The notes under the pieces: model-generated
Seen by the model: the letters and a program-made list of their open reading frames with translations, nothing else
What the model was told of the DNA's origin: nothing
The model's database searches: none
Position numbers and translations under genes: made by a program
Source of the DNA: a virus
Taxonomy: Duplodnaviria; Heunggongvirae; Uroviricota; Caudoviricetes
Reading direction: 5' to 3' (one strand)
Virus record (IMG/VR): IMGVR_UViG_2579778956_000004
Span: 1 to 23,861 of that record
Length of the DNA: 23,861 bases
Shown: positions 22,101 through 23,861 of the stretch, one piece after another
Numbering within the stretch: the stretch's first letter is position 1
How the letters are laid out: every line of letters begins with the position of its first letter

Positions 22101-22594
22101 TCTGGGCATTCGTAAAAGCATACTGGAAACAGTTGCTTATCGTGGCGGTGCTTGCTGTTCTGGTCATATCAGGAGTTGTTGCCTGGAATGTACACGGTAG
22201 CCGTCAGTACGACGCCGGGTATGCGCAGGCACAGGAAGATCAGAAGCAGGCTGATGATAAGGCCAGGTCACAACGTGATCAGGAGAAAACACAAATTGAA
22301 CGTGAAGCACAATCCCGTATCGATGTGGCGCGTGTTGATGCTGAGCATGCTAATGCCGCTGCTGACAGCCTGCGCGCCGAGCTTGACAAAACCAAGCGAC
22401 TCGCCGAACACTATACCGGATCTTTCCCCACTGGCACGCCAGCCAGCAAGGTCATCGGTGTGCTCGCCGACATGCTTGAAGAAAGCAATCGAGTTTACAA
22501 CGCAACAGCAGCTGAGGCTGAAAAGTATCGGATTGCAGGAGAATCCTGCGAACAGCAATACGATTCACTGAGGAAGCAAAAATCGTGGCACTGA
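22097..22594 (+). CDS. Inner-membrane spanin (Rz-like)
   Basis: ATG overlaps the endolysin stop (ATGA). N-terminal transmembrane helix [18 protein letters not shown] followed by a charged coiled-coil-like periplasmic domain. Confidence 0.7.
   Translation: MIWAFVKAYWKQLLIVAVLAVLVISGVVAWNVHGSRQYDAGYAQAQEDQKQADDKARSQRDQEKTQIEREAQSRIDVARVDAEHANAAADSLRAELDKTKRLAEHYTGSFPTGTPASKVIGVLADMLEESNRVYNATAAEAEKYRIAGESCEQQYDSLRKQKSWH
22323..22571 (+). CDS. Outer-membrane lipoprotein spanin (Rz1-like), embedded in the Rz-like gene in another frame
   Basis: [41 protein letters not shown]... has a signal peptide with an LLTAC lipobox and a Pro-rich mature part, nested wholly within 22097-22594. Start is uncertain (ATG at 22323, 22338, 22347 or 22353). 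Confidence 0.5.
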   Translation: MWRVLMLSMLMPLLTACAPSLTKPSDSPNTIPDLSPLARQPARSSVCSPTCLKKAIEFTTQQQLRLKSIGLQENPANSNTIH

Positions 22595-22721
22595 TTTCCG
22601 GTGACGGTATATAAAACGGTACGGTGAAAATCAGGTTGCAGAAAGTTGTTATCAGTCAATTGGTTATGGTATCCGTAAATAATTGAGTGGGAATGATTTT
22701 AATCCCTGCACTATGAATGAA

Positions 22722-22751
22722 CAAAACCCTCTGTTACTACAGAGGGTTTTT
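22722..22751. terminator. Bidirectional rho-independent terminator closing the lysis operon
   Basis: AAAA-CCCTCTG-TTACTA-CAGAGGG-TTTTTT: a 7-bp GC-rich stem flanked by an A-tract and a T-tract, between the convergent lysis operon and the minus-strand envelope genes. A second hairpin CTTCAAG-N9-CTTGAAG follows at 22754-22776. Confidence 0.7.
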
Positions 22752-22790
22752 TATCTTCAAGAATCATAGGCTTGAAGTTACTAACATCGA

Positions 22791-23330
22791 TTAATTAAAC
22801 CAGCTGTCCGATTTGTTCTCTTCTGCTTTGCCCACGCTTTTCATCAGATCGCGACCGCCTTCAGTCATATTTCTGTTGGCGTCAGCTTCAGATTGCACCA
22901 CATCGGTTTGCGCAGCTTTGTGCTTCAGTTCCTGATCGATAAATTCGTTTTCTCGCTTAACGCGGGCTTCTTCTTTTGCCAGCGCCAGTTTTTGTTTCTG
23001 AATCTCTAAGCTGCGTAGCTCATCTTCATAACTTTGATCGCGTTTTTTGTCCGCAGAGGCTTCGGCGTCCAGTTTATCCTGACGAGCTTTCTTATTTGCC
23101 GCTGCCGTTGCCGCTCTTTTGTTAGCGGCGGCCTGGGCATTTGCGCGACGTTGCTTCTCTTGCTGGATTTCCCTGTTGCGCTCCGCGACCCATTCGTCAT
23201 GCTGCCTTTGCTCTTCATTTTTACCTTGCTGTTCAGCTTCTGCTACAGCAGAGAGTTGATCCTGCAATGATGAGGCGATAGCCGGATAGCTTAAGGAGGC
23301 CAAGATGGCGCAAAGAAAAACTTTCTTCAT
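22791..23330 (-). CDS. Secreted coiled-coil protein (179 aa), function unknown
   Basis: N-terminal signal peptide MKKVFLCAILASLSYPAIASS, then a Lys/Glu/Gln/Ala-rich sequence with heptad-like character. Strong SD AGGAGGAG before the ATG at 23330. Second gene of a two-gene operon. Confidence 0.6.
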   Translation of the reverse strand: MKKVFLCAILASLSYPAIASSLQDQLSAVAEAEQQGKNEEQRQHDEWVAERNREIQQEKQRRANAQAAANKRAATAAANKKARQDKLDAEASADKKRDQSYEDELRSLEIQKQKLALAKEEARVKRENEFIDQELKHKAAQTDVVQSEADANRNMTEGGRDLMKSVGKAEENKSDSWFN

Positions 23331-23345
23331 GACTCCTCCTGATTA

Positions 23346-23861
23346 TTAGCTCTTTTCAGGACATTTAGTATTTGGCTGAATACGCGTTTCGTTATACGTT
23401 GTGGTAATAACAACGGCTAAACCTGTCGTAAACTGGCACTCTTTACCCACCTGGGTAGAGGTATACACTTTGGTGCCTTCCTTATATGTTAAAGAAACAC
23501 CTTCCACTAAGGTTTTATCATTCACCATAGAACCCACTGCCGCGCCTACAGCTCCGCCGCCAACTGCCCCTGCCGTCGTTCCGGAATTGCTGCCAGAACC
23601 GACGTTGTGGCCGATAACACCGCCAGCGACTGCGCCAATAAGCGCGCCGAAGGCTTGTGCGTTCCGTTTATTTTGGGAGTTGTCTACGGCAACTTTTGCG
23701 GGAAGAATGGAAATAATATTAACGGTTTTAGTTTCTTGTTTGGTATTCAGTTGATCGGTTTGATAAACATCGGCGGCATGATCGTCAGCATTTGACTGGC
23801 ATCCTGCCAGAGTGAATGACGCTAACATTGCCACAGGCAGAAGACATTTTTTAAATTTCAT
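23346..23861 (-). CDS. SlyB/Pcp-like outer-membrane lipoprotein (glycine-zipper family)
   Basis: 171 aa; lipoprotein signal MKFKKCLLPVAMLASFTLAGC (lipobox LAGC); a Gly-rich zipper region GALIGAVAGGVIGHNVGSGSNSGTTAGAVGGGAVGAAVG; overall architecture like SlyB. ATG is at the last bases of the window. Confidence 0.65.
   Translation of the reverse strand: MKFKKCLLPVAMLASFTLAGCQSNADDHAADVYQTDQLNTKQETKTVNIISILPAKVAVDNSQNKRNAQAFGALIGAVAGGVIGHNVGSGSNSGTTAGAVGGGAVGAAVGSMVNDKTLVEGVSLTYKEGTKVYTSTQVGKECQFTTGLAVVITTTYNETRIQPNTKCPEKS

Noticed and set aside
1-23861. tRNA gene or attachment-site direct repeats
   Set aside because: No tRNA-like cloverleaf was recognisable by eye, and attR cannot be identified without the attL-side sequence, which lies upstream of the window.

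Overview
This 23.9-kb window reads as a single integrated prophage-like element with a lambdoid early region on the left and a podovirus (T7-like) tail/ejection module on the right. All homology calls are from reading the translations by eye; no searches were run. Left to right: a P4-type tyrosine integrase at the window edge (1-1251); a leftward early operon (two small proteins, a RecE-like nuclease fragment, an AlpA-type regulator, an MT-A70 adenine methyltransferase); a tandem-HTH repressor with no peptidase domain, divergent from a Cro-like gene across an operator-rich region; a rightward operon with a lambda-O-like initiator carrying internal iterons and a lambda-P-like protein whose frame runs on without a stop into about 600 aa of structural-type sequence; tightly coupled genes resembling T7 gp13/gp14/gp15/gp16; two small membrane proteins; a small opposite-strand gene behind a near-consensus LexA box; a tailspike with a T7-gp17-like N-terminus; an AT-rich O-antigen acyltransferase-like gene; and a holin/GH19-endolysin/spanin cassette closed by a strong terminator. 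Two convergent envelope genes sit at the right edge. No terminase, portal, scaffold, major capsid gene, tRNA or CRISPR array is recognisable. The most interesting signals are (1) a LexA-controlled candidate antirepressor paired with a non-cleavable repressor, (2) a TTACC-N5-GGTAA operator motif recurring at four promoter regions, and (3) the P-like/structural chimeric ORF with no head or packaging genes, which suggests a defective, mosaic or tail-only element.
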